A stretch of 32,000 nucleotides of DNA from Vibrio vulnificus CMCP6 (GCF_000039765.1 NC_004459.3:240001-272000); one strand, 5' to 3'; positions 1 through 13,075 are shown, numbered from the stretch's first letter. The notes: a model not told the origin generated them from the sequence alone. Made by a program: numbers and translations.

Positions 1-285
1 CGCAAAGCCACCGACGCTAAGCTGTTTGACAGCCGCGAGGAAAATCAAACCTCTACTGCACGTCGCAACCAAAAACAGCGCACCTTCAAAGGCAACAATG
101 CCGATGAGTTTCGCCATGCGCCAAATTCAAAAAAAGCGCAGCAAAGAAAGCAGCAGGATGGCGATAAACCGCGTTTTGAAAAACCAAAGCGCCAAGAGCA
201 AGCTGGAAAAGCAAAACGCTATGACAATCCCAACGCAGCAAAACCCGTCAAACGCACGGGCGGCACTTTGACTCTTAAGAAATAA
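1..285 (+). CDS. 3' end of a truncated CDS with a basic Lys/Arg/Gln-rich C-terminal tail, possibly a pseudouridine synthase (RluF/RluB-like); identity uncertain
   Basis: Frame 1 is open from base 1 to TAA at 283-285 (RKATDAKLFDSREENQTSTARRNQKQRTFKGNN...KRTGGTLTLKK*). A hairpin with a T-run follows. Confidence 0.5.
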   Translation, partial: RKATDAKLFDSREENQTSTARRNQKQRTFKGNNADEFRHAPNSKKAQQRKQQDGDKPRFEKPKRQEQAGKAKRYDNPNAAKPVKRTGGTLTLKK

Positions 286-303
286 TATTACTCGCAAGCT
301 TTG

Positions 304-333
304 AAAAGGACGCTCCTACGAGCGTCCTTTTTG
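304..333 (+). terminator. Intrinsic terminator, possibly bidirectional
   Basis: aaaaggacgctc-ctac-gagcgtcctttttg between the upstream plus-strand CDS and ybaK. Confidence 0.75.
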
Positions 334-369
334 TTGGTCAAACGTATTCTATTTTACCCCTCAGAGAAC

Positions 370-849
370 TTAAGCCTCTAAACAGAGTTCAGCAAAATGC
401 CCTCGAGTGAGCATCAGTAAATCTTTGGGTGCTAGCTCAATCTCTAAGCCACGCTTACCAGCACTGACACAAATGGTCTCTTGTTGCCCTGCACTCATAT
501 GAAGAAAGGTGGGCAGAGCTTTCTTTTGCCCGAGCGGACTAATGCCGCCCACGACATAACCTGTGGTTTTTTGCGCGATTTCAGGATCGGCCATATCGGC
601 TTTTTTGCCATTAGCGGCTTTCGCTGCCAATTTTAGATTGAGTTTTTGATCAACGGGGATGATCGCTACCGCCAAGTTTTTTGCTTCGCCATTTAAGCAA
701 AACAGTAATGTTTTAAAGACTTTTTTTGGATCTTGCCCAAGCACTTCTGCCGCTTCCAAACCATAGCTTGTCGCTCGTGGATCGTGCTGATATTCGTGGA
801 TGGTATGAGGAACTTTCTTTTTCTTGGCAAGATTGATAGCCGGAGTCAT
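370..849 (-). CDS. ybaK: YbaK/ProX-family Cys-tRNA(Pro)/aminoacyl-tRNA deacylase
   Basis: 159-aa ORF MTPAINLAKKKKVPHTIHEYQHDPRATSYGLEAAEVLGQDPKKVFKTL... characteristic of the YbaK family. Confidence 0.88.
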   Translation of the reverse strand: MTPAINLAKKKKVPHTIHEYQHDPRATSYGLEAAEVLGQDPKKVFKTLLFCLNGEAKNLAVAIIPVDQKLNLKLAAKAANGKKADMADPEIAQKTTGYVVGGISPLGQKKALPTFLHMSAGQQETICVSAGKRGLEIELAPKDLLMLTRGHFAELCLEA

Positions 850-870
850 TGTCTTTCTCCTGTATAAACA

Positions 871-903
871 AAAAGCGCTATCCCAGATCGGAATAGCGCT
901 TTA
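871..903 (-). terminator. Intrinsic terminator downstream of the nucleotidase gene
   Basis: Inverted repeat AAAGCGCTAT...ATAGCGCTTT; the minus strand reads into TTTTTG. Confidence 0.7.
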
Positions 904-948
904 GTTAAAGATATCAGCGAGATTGAGTCAAACTCTTTCTCTTATCGA

Positions 949-2610
949 TTATTTGTAAACAATCTCACCATTTGGCGCGAACTTGTTCACATCGATTGGG
1001 CTGTTCTTCTCTAGGAACTCTTTCAGTACTTCAGCATCCACAAAACCAGTGTTCACGTAACCAGGGTGACCAGTCAGTTTAGGGTAACCATCACCACCCG
1101 CGGCGTTGTAGCTTGGTACGGTGAAGCGGTAAGTTTCATCTAGACGAAGCTGTTTGCCACCAATGAATACGTTCGATACTTTGCCGTTAGCCACTGTCAT
1201 TGAGATACCGGCGAATTGCGCGTAAGCACCTGAATCAACAGGTTTCGTTGCAACTACGTTTAGGTAGTCCAGCACTTCTTTACCCGTCATATCGGTGTAA
1301 GTCAGGATGTTTGCAAAAGGCTGAACGGTAAGGACGTCTTTGTAAGTCACTTCACCCGCTTCAATCGAGTCACGTACACCACCCGAGTTCATTACTGCGA
1401 AGTCTGCTTTTGCACGCTCCATGTGTGATACTGCGATCAAACGACCTAGGTTAGTTTGCTGGAAGCGAACCACGTTACGGTCACCTTCAAGCTTGCCGTT
1501 TGTGTCTGCAATCTTCACGTTAAGTTGCTCTTGACCTTTCTCTTGGTAAGGACGTAGGAACTCTAGCAATGCAGTATCTTCTTTAATTTCGCTTTCAATG
1601 AAGACGCGCTGGCTCTTACCATCGACTTCCACTTTCTTCTTCAGGTTAACCGGAATCAGATCGTAGCTCACCATACGTAGCTCACCATTGCGGAACTCGT
1701 AATCAGCACGGCCAACGTATTTACCCCACTCGTGCGCTTGCACGATGTAAGTACCGTTTTGTTGGTCTGGCTTACACTCGTCTGCTGGTTTGAAGTTTTT
1801 CTTCACCACATTTGGTGCTTCCATACAAACCGGCTCTTGCGAGTGACCACCGACGATCATGTCTAGGTCACCTTCGTTTAGGTAACGAGCCAGTGCCACA
1901 TCGCCAGGAGCGTTGATGCCACGCTTACCATCTTCGTAGTGACCCATGTGCGTCACGGCGAAGATCAAATCTGGTTTTTCTGTTTCTTTTAGCTCAGCAA
2001 TCAGCTTCTTCGCTTCTTCCTTCGGATCACGGAAGTCAATGGCGCCGATGAATTCTGGGTTGCCTAGCTTAGCTGTATCTTCGGTTGTTAGACCGATAAC
2101 CGCAATTTTGATACCTTGCTTATCGAACATCTCGTAAGCTTGGAACATGCGCTCGCCGGTTTTCTTGTCGTAAATGTTGGCAGACAGCATTGGGAAGTTA
2201 GCCCACTCTTTCTGCTTCATCAGTACGTCTAGAGGATTGTCAAACTCGTGGTTACCCAGCGCCATTGCGTCGTAACCGATTTTGCTCATGCCTTTGAAAT
2301 CTGGCTCAGCATCTTGAAGGTCTGACTCAGGAACACCTGTGTTGATATCACCACCTGAAAGTAGCAGTACGCTGCCGCCTTCCGCTTGGATTTCAGCACG
2401 CAACTCATCGATCAGAGTTTTGCGAGCTGCCATACCGTACTCACCGTATTTGTTTTGCCAGAAACGGCCGTGGTGGTCGTTCGTGTGCAGTACTGTCAGT
2501 TTGTAAGTTGTATCTGCTGCCCATTCTTGAGTTGGCTGAGTTGCACAACCCGCCAGAGTTGCCAGAATAGCTGCGCTAAGCGCGGTTTTTACAATCAGGC
2601 GTTGCTTCAT
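949..2610 (-). CDS. nutA: 5'-nucleotidase / UDP-sugar hydrolase-like lipoprotein (NutA/UshA type)
   Basis: Contains the LTVLHTNDHHGRFW and ALGNHEFD metallophosphatase motifs. ATG at 2610 gives MKQRLIVKTALSAAILATLAGC with a lipobox (LAGC) and an AAAGG-like RBS; the longest ORF extends to 2643. Confidence 0.85.
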   Translation of the reverse strand: MKQRLIVKTALSAAILATLAGCATQPTQEWAADTTYKLTVLHTNDHHGRFWQNKYGEYGMAARKTLIDELRAEIQAEGGSVLLLSGGDINTGVPESDLQDAEPDFKGMSKIGYDAMALGNHEFDNPLDVLMKQKEWANFPMLSANIYDKKTGERMFQAYEMFDKQGIKIAVIGLTTEDTAKLGNPEFIGAIDFRDPKEEAKKLIAELKETEKPDLIFAVTHMGHYEDGKRGINAPGDVALARYLNEGDLDMIVGGHSQEPVCMEAPNVVKKNFKPADECKPDQQNGTYIVQAHEWGKYVGRADYEFRNGELRMVSYDLIPVNLKKKVEVDGKSQRVFIESEIKEDTALLEFLRPYQEKGQEQLNVKIADTNGKLEGDRNVVRFQQTNLGRLIAVSHMERAKADFAVMNSGGVRDSIEAGEVTYKDVLTVQPFANILTYTDMTGKEVLDYLNVVATKPVDSGAYAQFAGISMTVANGKVSNVFIGGKQLRLDETYRFTVPSYNAAGGDGYPKLTGHPGYVNTGFVDAEVLKEFLEKNSPIDVNKFAPNGEIVYK

Positions 2611-2962
2611 TGTCATACCTTTTGAACTTTTTGGGGATTCCACTGCAAATATCTACAGGCCTTTTTAAACATAAGCTCAATTTATTAAACCGAGTTAGGT
2701 TGGCTGTAAAACTTGATACAGTTTAAAGTAACTGGCCAAACCATTTCAGCGCGTTTTCATATTTATGATGCATTGATCACTATAAAAACCGCGAAAAACT
2801 GTAACAAAGCCTGAGAGTTACAGTGACAAAACTCATGCGATCACAGGCAAACGTTTGACTAAGAAATGATGATATCAACTGAAGTTGTGATTAAGTTCAC
2901 TAATTAAACAGAGTCAGAATAAAAAGCCACCACATCACGAAAGAGAAGCCGACGGAAAAAAC

Positions 2963-2994
2963 AAAAAAGGACCGTTTTATCGGTCCTTTTTTTA
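2963..2994 (-). terminator. Intrinsic terminator downstream of kdsA
   Basis: aaaaaaggaccg-tttta-tcggtcctttttttt, symmetric and just downstream of the kdsA stop. Confidence 0.75.
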
Positions 2995-3014
2995 ATCTCG
3001 ATAACACGAAAATA

Positions 3015-4695
<1,681 letters not shown>

Positions 4696-4733
4696 TACTT
4701 GTTATCCGTTTCCTTAATTCACACTAAATATTC

Positions 4734-5117
4734 TTAACCGAAAAACATCGGTGTCTTTGAAACCGCCAATTTGCCTGCCATCGCTAGCCAACCGAGTGCA
4801 CCAAAGAAAGAGAAAGTACGTAGCAGCTTGTTTTTACCCAGTTTAAGCGCAAAGAAGCCAAGGGCAATGTAAGCCATTACGCAAGTGAGCTTCTCAGTTA
4901 ACCACGGCGCTGATGGGGTAAAAGGAATAAATCCGGTCATCACAATCAATGCGATTCCTGAGAGTAACAATAATGAATCGTTGATATGAGGAAAACGCTG
5001 TAAAAATGGGTGCTTCAACTTATTTGAATTCATCATCATCAATGCATAGCGAACGGAAAGCAGCAACGCGCTGATGACAATGGTGAGTAAATGAAAGTAT
5101 TTCAGAGCTTCGTACAT
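4734..5117 (-). CDS. SirB2-family integral membrane protein
   Basis: 127-aa hydrophobic ORF MYEALKYFHLLTIVISALLLSVRYALMM..., placed between prmC and the SirB1-like gene. Confidence 0.82.
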   Translation of the reverse strand: MYEALKYFHLLTIVISALLLSVRYALMMMNSNKLKHPFLQRFPHINDSLLLLSGIALIVMTGFIPFTPSAPWLTEKLTCVMAYIALGFFALKLGKNKLLRTFSFFGALGWLAMAGKLAVSKTPMFFG

Positions 5118-5140
5118 AGTGTTCTCTTTGATATCTGGAT

Positions 5141-6016
5141 CTAGTGATCCGTGTTTTCTGGTAAAGCAACGAAGTAACCCAAAGTCACTCGATCATTGCC
5201 ACCGTAATCCTTTTCGGTTGCTACCTCTTGATATCCCAACGTATCTAGGATTTCTCGAACAGCGATACCTTGGTCGTAGCCATGTTCAAACATCAGCCAG
5301 CCATGAGGCTCAAGATAGTCACGTGCCTGTTGCGCGATATAACGGATATCAGCCAGGCCAGACTCTTCGGCAACCAGAGCACTTTTCGGCTCAAATCGCA
5401 CATCTCCTTGATTAAGATGGGGATCATTCTCATCAATATAAGGAGGATTGGAAACGATTAAAGCAAACTTTGTGCCTTGAGCCACAGGTTCAAACCAGCT
5501 GCCCTGTTTAAAGGTCACATTTTTGATATTCAATGCCAACGCATTCGACTCAGCAAGCAGCTTCGCTTCCTGCTGCAAATCCACGCCCATCACAGTGCGA
5601 TGTGGCAGTTCAGACGCCAGTGCAATGGCAATCGCTCCCGTGCCTGTGCCTAAGTCGAGGATAGAGCCCGTTTGCGTCGCAGTTTTTTCTAGCGCCAACT
5701 CCACTAAACGCTCGGTATCGGGGCGAGGAATTAACGTCGATGGCGCGACTTTAAAAGGCAAAGACCAAAACTCTCGTTCACCGATGATGTAAGCCACCGG
5801 TTCGCCAGACAGTCGACGCGCCACTAAGGCTTCAAACTGCTGCTGCTCTTGTTCGGTGAGTATTTTATCTGGCCAGGTAAACAGATAGCTACGCGGCTTA
5901 TCCAGTACATGGCAAAGCAATACCGCGGCGTCTAAAGACGGCGAATCATTGCCTAACTCAGAAAAGCGAGATGCCGCCTGTTTAACAGCGGCATCTAGTG
6001 TCATCAACTCAGACAT
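5141..6016 (-). CDS. prmC: Peptide chain release factor N5-glutamine methyltransferase
   Basis: SAM-binding ILDLGTGTGAIAIALA and the NPPYI catalytic motif; directly downstream of prfA. Confidence 0.94.
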   Translation of the reverse strand: MSELMTLDAAVKQAASRFSELGNDSPSLDAAVLLCHVLDKPRSYLFTWPDKILTEQEQQQFEALVARRLSGEPVAYIIGEREFWSLPFKVAPSTLIPRPDTERLVELALEKTATQTGSILDLGTGTGAIAIALASELPHRTVMGVDLQQEAKLLAESNALALNIKNVTFKQGSWFEPVAQGTKFALIVSNPPYIDENDPHLNQGDVRFEPKSALVAEESGLADIRYIAQQARDYLEPHGWLMFEHGYDQGIAVREILDTLGYQEVATEKDYGGNDRVTLGYFVALPENTDH

Positions 6017-6020
6017 GGGA

Positions 6021-7109
6021 TCAGTTGTTTTCCGCCAAAGCAGCCAATTGGTCCGCTTGGTGTTCCTGAATCACAGGATCGATCAAAGACTGAAGATCGC
6101 CTTCCATCACTTCAGAAAGACGGTAAATCGTCAAGTTGATGCGGTGATCTGACACACGGCCTTGTGGGTAGTTGTAGGTACGAATACGGTCACTACGATC
6201 GCCCGAACCAAGCAGGTTACGACGCGTATCAGACACTTCAGCTGCACGCTTAGCCTCTTCAGCTTGAACAATACGAGCCGCTAGAACAGCCATCGCCTTG
6301 GCTTTGTTTTTGTGCTGTGAACGCTCATCCTGACACTCCACGACAGTACCGGTTGGTAAGTGAGTAATACGGATTGCCGAGTCGGTGGTGTTAACGTGCT
6401 GACCGCCCGCGCCAGAAGAGCGGAAGGTATCAATTTTTAGATCGCTTGCTTTGATCTCTGGAATTTCCGCTTCAGGAATTTCAGGCATGATTGCCACGGT
6501 ACACGCCGAGGTGTGTACGCGACCTTGCGATTCGGTTGCAGGAACACGTTGAACACGGTGACCGCCCGATTCAAACTTCAAGAAACCGTAAGCGCCATCG
6601 CCATTCACTTTCGCGATCATCTCTTTGTAGCCGCCATGCTCTGCTTCATTCGCGGACATGACTTCAATACGCCAACCACGTTTTTCTGCAAACTTGCTGT
6701 ACATACGGAACAGATCACCAGCAAAGATACCGGCTTCATCACCGCCTGCGCCCGCACGAATTTCGAGGAAACAGTTGCGATCGTCATTCGGATCTTTCGG
6801 TAGCAGAAGAATTTGCAACTCTGCAGCCAAATCTTCAATGGCCACTTTTGCCGCTTTGATTTCTTCTTGCGCCATTTCACGCATCTCTGCGTCGTCTTCT
6901 TTGGCCATCTCTTCCGCAGCAACTAAATCTTCTTGCGCTTGTTTATAGGCAGTAAAGCACTTAGTGACTTCTTCAAGTTGAGAATACTCTTTTGACAGTG
7001 CACGGAATTTGTCTTGGTCACCGATCACTCCCGGATCACCAAGAAGGTGCTGCACTTCTTCATAACGCTCAACCAGCATTTCTAGCTTGGTTAGAATCGA
7101 GGCTTTCAT
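6021..7109 (-). CDS. prfA: Peptide chain release factor 1
   Basis: Contains [40 protein letters not shown] and the PAT-type codon recognition region ([19 protein letters not shown]). Adjacent ATG codons at 7112 and 7109. Confidence 0.97.
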   Translation of the reverse strand: MKASILTKLEMLVERYEEVQHLLGDPGVIGDQDKFRALSKEYSQLEEVTKCFTAYKQAQEDLVAAEEMAKEDDAEMREMAQEEIKAAKVAIEDLAAELQILLLPKDPNDDRNCFLEIRAGAGGDEAGIFAGDLFRMYSKFAEKRGWRIEVMSANEAEHGGYKEMIAKVNGDGAYGFLKFESGGHRVQRVPATESQGRVHTSACTVAIMPEIPEAEIPEIKASDLKIDTFRSSGAGGQHVNTTDSAIRITHLPTGTVVECQDERSQHKNKAKAMAVLAARIVQAEEAKRAAEVSDTRRNLLGSGDRSDRIRTYNYPQGRVSDHRINLTIYRLSEVMEGDLQSLIDPVIQEHQADQLAALAENN

Positions 7110-7137
7110 CATTTATATATCTTACTGATTGATAGAA

Positions 7138-8397
7138 TTATTTGAGTTCATCCAGCCCTAAGCTTTGGCGAATGACGGTTAATTTTGCGGGCTCACCCTG
7201 CTCTGCGGCCAATTGTAGCGCACGTGTGGGTGCATGGATGAGTTTATTTGTCAGGCGATTACTCAGCTCACGCAGTACTTTTTCTGGGTCACTACCGCTT
7301 TCGAGTGATAACAGCGCTTTGCTGAGTAAATCCTCACGAATTTCATTGGCCGACTGACGATACTCACGAATACTGTCCACCGCTTGGAGCGAGCGAAGCC
7401 AACTCATAAACGCGGCACTTTCTTCCGCCACAATCGCTTCTGCTTGAATCGCTTCGACTTTGCGCTGCTCAATATTGCTGTCAATAATCGATTGCAGATC
7501 GTCAACAGTATACAAGTAAGCATCATTCAAATCGCCCACTTGCGCTTCCACATCACGCGGGACTGCAATATCCACCAACAACATAGGCTGATGACGACGT
7601 TGCTTGAGCGCCGTTTCCACCATGCCTTTCCCTATGATCGGCAGCGGGCTCGCCGTGGAGCTGATCACTATGTCCGCTTTGGCAAGGTGATTGGGAATCT
7701 CTTGCAAGCTGATCACCTGAGCATCAAATTGCTCTGCTAAGGTCAGTGCACGCTCACGAGTACGGTTTGCCACAATCATTTTACTACAACCATTCGCGTG
7801 AAGGTGCTTCGCCACCAACTCGATGGTTTCACCAGCACCGACCAATAGAACCGTCGATTTCTCTAACGATTCAAAAATGTGTTTGGCTAACGTACAAGCA
7901 GCATACGCGACCGAAACGGCGTTACCGCCAATGTCGGTTTCCGTGCGGACGCGCTTAGCAACGGAAAAGGTTTTCTGAAACAATTTTTCCAAAGACGCAT
8001 CCACAGCCTGCTGCTCACGCGAGTCGGAATACGCCTGTTTCACCTGCCCTAATATTTGTGGTTCACCCAGCACCAAAGAATCCAAGCCGCAAGAAACGCG
8101 CATCAGATGGCGAATTGCTGCTTGTTCTTCGTACACATACAAACTCGGTTTGAGCTCTTCTAAACCGATTTGATGAAACTGGCTTAACCAATCAATCACC
8201 TTGCTGCGTGCACCCGATTTGACATCGCAATACACTTCGGTGCGGTTACAGGTAGAGAGAATCACGCTGCCATTGACTGCTTCATGCTGGCTGAGCTGCT
8301 GCAGTGCGTTAGCCAGTTTGTCTGGACCAAACGCCACTTTCTCTCGCAAGTCAACCGACGCGGTGTGGTGATTTATGCCAATAGCAAGCAAAGACAT
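7138..8397 (-). CDS. hemA: Glutamyl-tRNA reductase
   Basis: [23 protein letters not shown]... and [12 protein letters not shown] motif. Confidence 0.96.
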   Translation of the reverse strand: MSLLAIGINHHTASVDLREKVAFGPDKLANALQQLSQHEAVNGSVILSTCNRTEVYCDVKSGARSKVIDWLSQFHQIGLEELKPSLYVYEEQAAIRHLMRVSCGLDSLVLGEPQILGQVKQAYSDSREQQAVDASLEKLFQKTFSVAKRVRTETDIGGNAVSVAYAACTLAKHIFESLEKSTVLLVGAGETIELVAKHLHANGCSKMIVANRTRERALTLAEQFDAQVISLQEIPNHLAKADIVISSTASPLPIIGKGMVETALKQRRHQPMLLVDIAVPRDVEAQVGDLNDAYLYTVDDLQSIIDSNIEQRKVEAIQAEAIVAEESAAFMSWLRSLQAVDSIREYRQSANEIREDLLSKALLSLESGSDPEKVLRELSNRLTNKLIHAPTRALQLAAEQGEPAKLTVIRQSLGLDELK

Positions 8398-8556
8398 CGA
8401 TAGTGCTTTCTCTGTACAGAATGGAAAATTAGGAGGCGAATTTTACTTTATGCACGACTTTATTAAAAGGGTGTAGCGGATTTGTTTTCCTTACTTCGTG
8501 AGTTCGATGCTATAGTTGAGCGCTCAAAGACTTAAATCAGACAGAAAGTATCCGCC

Positions 8557-9165
8557 ATGTTTCGACGAACTTATTTTTGGTTAATGCTCTTGCCGCTGTT
8601 TATGGTTGGCTGTACTGGCCTTCCGGACCATCCCACCAGCGTTGAGTGGCAAAGTCATCAAGCCAAACTGTCACAAATTCAATCATTTCAAGCCGTTGGC
8701 AAACTGGGTTACATGTCGCCAGATCAACGACAAAACCTCAATTTCTACTGGAAACATTCACCTGCGCAAAGCAACCTGCGTTTTACGACATTTCTTGGCC
8801 AGACCGCATTAAATCTCACCATGACGCCGCAAGGTGCTCGCGTTGAAACCTACGACGATCAGATCTTAACCGCCGCGAATGCGACCGCTTTGGTCCAACA
8901 GTTAACCGGGTTGGTTATACCTGTCGAACAACTGAGTGATTGGATCATCGGTTTGCCTAATGGCGCTGACGACTTTCAACTCAATGAGCAAAATACACTC
9001 AGCTCATTAGAGAAAGATCTCAATTTTCAGCGTTGGCATATCGCCTACACGCAGTATCGTGATGTGGAATTTCATCAGCAAGTTGTACCGCTGCCAGCCA
9101 AGCTTAGCCTGACCCAGCAAGACATCAAATTAAATATCGTTGTGAGTAAGTGGACGCTAAAATAA
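8557..9165 (+). CDS. lolB: Outer-membrane lipoprotein insertion protein LolB
   Basis: [23 protein letters not shown] signal with a lipobox-like Cys; LolB-like body; divergent from hemA and upstream of ispE. Confidence 0.88.
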
Positions 9166-10037
9166 TGATCACCAGCCCAACTACTTGGCCCTCACCGGCC
9201 AAACTCAATCTTTTCTTGTACATCAATGGTCGTACTGACAATGGTTATCACGAACTGCAAACGTTATTTCAGTTTCTCGACCATGGCGATCAACTCACGA
9301 TTACAGCCAATGACAGCGGTCATATCACACTGACGCCAGACATTGTCGATCTCCCCGTAGAACAAAATCTCATTTGGAAAGCGGCCAATGCACTCCAGAA
9401 AAAGACGGGATGTACCTTGGGCGCCAACATTCATCTGAACAAAATATTGCCGATGGGCGGCGGTATCGGTGGTGGTTCTTCCAATGCAGCAACGGCATTG
9501 GTTGCACTGAATTTTCTTTGGCAACTTGGTCTTTCTGATGATGAATTAGCCGACATTGGCTTAAAACTGGGCGCGGATGTGCCCGTTTTTGTGCGCGGCC
9601 ATGCGGCATTTGCTGAAGGTGTTGGCGAAAAACTGACTCCAGCACAACCAGAAGAGAAGTGGTATTTGGTGGTGAGACCCGATGTGCACATCGCCACCGT
9701 CGATATTTTCACGCATCCACAATTGACGAGAAATACGCCAAAGCGTTCTCTGGAAACGCTTCTTGACAGCGAATACGGAAACGATTGCGAAAAAATTGTC
9801 CGAATGATCCACCCAAAGGTTGATAAGCAACTTTCATGGCTGCTACAATACGCGCCGTCAAGATTGACGGGGACCGGATCTTGCGTTTTCGCTGAATTTA
9901 ACAGCAGATCTGAAGCGGAATCAATCCTTGCCCAACTCTCTGACAATGTCTCGGCATTTGTCGCTCAAGGGCGCAATATTTCGCCGCTAAAAGAGACGTT
10001 GGCTGATTATCTTTCAGCCCAAAACCGACCTATTTAA
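9165..10037 (+). CDS. ispE: 4-diphosphocytidyl-2-C-methyl-D-erythritol kinase
   Basis: [33 protein letters not shown]... and the GHMP motif [15 protein letters not shown]. The start overlaps the lolB stop as TAATG; the longest ORF begins at GTG 9150. Confidence 0.94.
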   Translation: MITSPTTWPSPAKLNLFLYINGRTDNGYHELQTLFQFLDHGDQLTITANDSGHITLTPDIVDLPVEQNLIWKAANALQKKTGCTLGANIHLNKILPMGGGIGGGSSNAATALVALNFLWQLGLSDDELADIGLKLGADVPVFVRGHAAFAEGVGEKLTPAQPEEKWYLVVRPDVHIATVDIFTHPQLTRNTPKRSLETLLDSEYGNDCEKIVRMIHPKVDKQLSWLLQYAPSRLTGTGSCVFAEFNSRSEAESILAQLSDNVSAFVAQGRNISPLKETLADYLSAQNRPI

Positions 10038-10066
10038 AAACTGGACGCAACCCTGAGGTTTCCACC

Positions 10067-11011
10067 GTGCCTGATATGAAGCTATTTGCTGGTAACGCAA
10101 CACCTGAACTAGCCCAACGTATTGCTGATCGTCTCTACATCTCTCTTGGTGACGCCACTGTTTCTCGTTTCTCTGACGGTGAAGTAGCGGTACAAATCAA
10201 CGAAAATGTACGTGGTAGTGACGTTTTCATTATTCAATCAACCTGTGCGCCGACCAACGACAACCTAATGGAGCTGGTCGTAATGATTGATGCAATGCGC
10301 CGCGCTTCAGCGGGCCGTATTACAGCAGTTATTCCTTACTTTGGTTACGCTCGTCAAGACCGCCGTGTGCGTTCGGCGCGTGTGCCAATCACTGCAAAAG
10401 TAGTCGCAGACTTCCTTTCAAACGTAGGTGTTGACCGCGTTCTGACGATTGACCTACACGCAGAGCAAATTCAAGGCTTCTTCGATGTGCCAGTAGACAA
10501 CATCTTCGGTACGCCAGTACTGCTTGAAGATATGCACGCGCGTGGCCTAGAAGATCCTGTTGTCGTATCTCCAGACCTCGGTGGTGTTGTTCGTGCTCGT
10601 GCAACGGCAAAAGCGCTTGGTGATATCGATATTGCTATCGTCGATAAGCGTCGTCCACGTGCCAACGTTTCTGAAGTGATGAACCTTATCGGTGATGTTG
10701 AAGGTCGTGACTGTGTGATCGTTGATGACATGATCGACACTGGCGGCACGCTATGTAAAGCAGCAGAAGCGCTAAAAGAGCGTGGTGCAAAACGTGTATT
10801 TGCTTACGCAACTCACGCCGTGTTCTCAGGCAACGCAGCGAAAAACATCAAAAACTCTGTGCTTGACCAAGTGATCGTCACTGACTCAATCACACTGAGC
10901 AAAGAGATGGCCGCAACCGGTAAAGTGACTCAACTAACTCTATCTGGCATGTTGGCTGAAGCGATTCGTCGTATCAGCAACGAAGAGTCTATCTCTGCGA
11001 TGTTTAACTAA
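10067..11011 (+). CDS. prs: Ribose-phosphate pyrophosphokinase
   Basis: [24 protein letters not shown]..., GTG start; near-identical to known bacterial Prs. Confidence 0.97.
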   Translation: MPDMKLFAGNATPELAQRIADRLYISLGDATVSRFSDGEVAVQINENVRGSDVFIIQSTCAPTNDNLMELVVMIDAMRRASAGRITAVIPYFGYARQDRRVRSARVPITAKVVADFLSNVGVDRVLTIDLHAEQIQGFFDVPVDNIFGTPVLLEDMHARGLEDPVVVSPDLGGVVRARATAKALGDIDIAIVDKRRPRANVSEVMNLIGDVEGRDCVIVDDMIDTGGTLCKAAEALKERGAKRVFAYATHAVFSGNAAKNIKNSVLDQVIVTDSITLSKEMAATGKVTQLTLSGMLAEAIRRISNEESISAMFN

Positions 11012-11040
11012 TCACCCTTTTCGATTAGTCCATTTTTAGA

Positions 11041-11064
11041 ACACCCCTTGATTGGGGTGTTTTT
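11041..11064 (+). terminator. Intrinsic terminator downstream of prs
   Basis: ACACCCC-ttgatt-GGGGTGT followed by TTTT. Confidence 0.85.
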
Positions 11065-11149
11065 ATTTGCGATGGAGCTTAGCCTCGCCCATCGTTACTT
11101 TTCTGTGCTATCATACCGCGCTTTTGAAGATTCCAAAGAGATCCTAACC

Positions 11150-11740
11150 TTGAGTCAACAGATCAAACTTCTTGTCGGCCTTGCTAATCCTGGGCCTGAA
11201 TATGCCAAAACTCGCCACAATGCGGGCGCTTGGGTAGTAGAAGAACTGGCACGCGTTCACAACATTACGCTAAAGAATGAAGCAAAGTTCTATGGCTTAA
11301 CAGGACGTATTGTGATGAATGGTCAGGAACTGCGTTTACTGATTCCTACTACTTTTATGAACCTTTCTGGTAAAGCCATTGCTGCATTGGCAAAGTTTTA
11401 TCAGATTCAACCAGAAGAGATCATGGTCGCGCATGACGAACTGGATCTTCCTCCTGGTATCGCAAAGTTCAAAAAAGGTGGTGGCCATGGTGGCCACAAT
11501 GGTTTGCGAGATACCATTAGTAAACTGGGCAACAATAAAGAATTCTACCGTCTACGGATCGGCATTGGCCATCCTGGACACAAAGATAAAGTAGCGGGTT
11601 TTGTACTGGGTAAAGCACCTGCTAGTGAACAATCCTTACTCGACGCTACCGTCGACGAATCTGTTCGCTGCTTGGATATTTTGATCAAAGATGGTCTATC
11701 CAAAGCACAAAACCGCCTCCACACGTTCAAAGCTGAATAA
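11150..11740 (+). CDS. pth: Peptidyl-tRNA hydrolase
   Basis: [33 protein letters not shown]... The likely start is TTG at 11150 with an upstream AAAGAGA; the longest ORF begins at 11048 inside the prs terminator. Confidence 0.92.
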   Translation: MSQQIKLLVGLANPGPEYAKTRHNAGAWVVEELARVHNITLKNEAKFYGLTGRIVMNGQELRLLIPTTFMNLSGKAIAALAKFYQIQPEEIMVAHDELDLPPGIAKFKKGGGHGGHNGLRDTISKLGNNKEFYRLRIGIGHPGHKDKVAGFVLGKAPASEQSLLDATVDESVRCLDILIKDGLSKAQNRLHTFKAE

Positions 11741-11750
11741 GGTTACAATC

Positions 11751-12842
11751 ATGGGTTTTAAATGTGGCATCGTTGGCTTGCCAAACGTTGGTAAATCAAC
11801 TCTGTTTAACGCACTGACTAAAGCGGGTATTGAAGCCGCTAACTTCCCGTTCTGTACAATCGAACCAAACACTGGCGTGGTACCAGTGCCAGATTTGCGT
11901 TTAGACGAATTGGCAAAAATCGTAAACCCACAACGTATTCTGCCAACCACGATGGAATTCGTTGACATTGCAGGTCTAGTAGCTGGCGCATCTCGCGGCG
12001 AAGGTCTGGGTAACAAATTCCTAGCCAACATCCGTGAAACGGACGCAATTGGTCACGTAGTTCGTTGTTTTGAAAACGAAAATATTGTTCACGTTGCAGG
12101 CAAAGTCTCTCCAATCGAAGATATCGAAGTGATCAACCTTGAACTGGCCATGGCTGACCTTGATTCTTGCGAACGCGCCATTCAACGCCAAGCGAAGAAA
12201 GCGAAAGGCGGCGATAAAGACGCGAAATTCGAACTGACTGTTCTAGAAAAGCTGCTTCCTGTCCTCACCGAAGGTGGCTCTGCACGTACTGTAGAACTGT
12301 CTAAAGAAGAACTTGCCGCCGTTGGTTACCTAAACTTCCTAACACTGAAGCCAACCATGTACATCGCTAACGTGAATGAAGATGGCTTCGAAAACAACCC
12401 ATACCTAGACGCGGTTCGCGAGTTTGCAGCGAAAGAGAACAACGTGGTTGTTCCTGTTTGTGCCGCGATCGAATCAGAAATGGCAGAGCTGGAAGATGAC
12501 GAGCGTGCAGAATTCCTAGCGGATATGGGCATTGAAGAACCAGGCCTAAACCGCGTAATCCGTGCAGGTTACGAATTGCTGAGCCTACACACATACTTTA
12601 CTGCGGGTGTGAAAGAAGTTCGTGCATGGACTATCCCTATCGGTGCGACCGCACCAAAAGCGGCAGGCAAGATCCACACCGATTTTGAGAAAGGCTTCAT
12701 CCGTGCAGAAGTGATTGCCTACGATGATTTCATTCAATTTAAAGGTGAAAACGGAGCAAAAGACGCAGGTAAGTGGCGTCTAGAAGGCAAAGAGTACATC
12801 GTTAAAGATGGTGATGTGGTTCATTTCCGTTTCAACGTTTAA
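11751..12842 (+). CDS. ychF: Redox-regulated ATPase/GTPase YchF (OLA1 family)
   Basis: [40 protein letters not shown]...; the start at 11751 follows the pth stop. Confidence 0.96.
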   Translation: MGFKCGIVGLPNVGKSTLFNALTKAGIEAANFPFCTIEPNTGVVPVPDLRLDELAKIVNPQRILPTTMEFVDIAGLVAGASRGEGLGNKFLANIRETDAIGHVVRCFENENIVHVAGKVSPIEDIEVINLELAMADLDSCERAIQRQAKKAKGGDKDAKFELTVLEKLLPVLTEGGSARTVELSKEELAAVGYLNFLTLKPTMYIANVNEDGFENNPYLDAVREFAAKENNVVVPVCAAIESEMAELEDDERAEFLADMGIEEPGLNRVIRAGYELLSLHTYFTAGVKEVRAWTIPIGATAPKAAGKIHTDFEKGFIRAEVIAYDDFIQFKGENGAKDAGKWRLEGKEYIVKDGDVVHFRFNV

Positions 12843-12878
12843 TTGTTTGTTTAAACTTTAAACAACTCAATCGAATAC

Positions 12879-12905
12879 AAAGCCAGCCAGATCGCTGGCT
12901 TTTTT
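12879..12905 (+). terminator. Intrinsic terminator downstream of ychF
   Basis: AAAGCCAGC-cagatc-GCTGGCTTTTTT. Confidence 0.85.
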
Positions 12906-13039
12906 ATTGGCTGAGAAAAAAGTTCATATTAAGTTATTCAAACCAAGTCAATTTGTTAGCACTTTTCGATCACAAACGCGCCTCTTTGTTTAAAAAGAAA
13001 GCGAACGATTTGTTTATCCCGATTTATTTAAAAAAACTG

Positions 13040-13075
13040 TTGACGGTTGTGACGCAACTCCTCATAATGCGCCCC
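13040..13075 (+). promoter_or_regulatory. Sigma70-type promoter of the tRNA operon with a GC-rich discriminator
   Basis: TTGACG (13040-13045), 17-bp spacer, CATAAT (13063-13068), then gcgcccc; about 57 bp upstream of the first tRNA. Confidence 0.75.

Noticed and set aside
26-271. 81-aa ORF on the plus strand
   Set aside because: It is the +2 frame inside the frame-1 open reading frame (1-285), whose terminal tail is followed by a terminator. The ORF looks like a by-product of low-complexity Lys/Gln codons.
2611-2962. Long gap between the nucleotidase gene and kdsA as a possible hidden gene or sRNA
   Set aside because: I found no convincing ORF, strong hairpin plus T-run, or repeat apart from the kdsA terminator. 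It is more simply the nucleotidase promoter/upstream region.
11007-11029. ACTAATC...GATTAGT inverted repeat overlapping the prs stop codon
   Set aside because: Short AT-rich 7-bp stem immediately before the clear prs terminator (11041-11064); adds little beyond normal end-of-gene structure.
11048-11149. N-terminal extension of pth ([34 protein letters not shown])
   Set aside because: It begins within the prs terminator and has no similarity to Pth. The conserved protein begins at [14 protein letters not shown], with a plausible TTG start at 11150.
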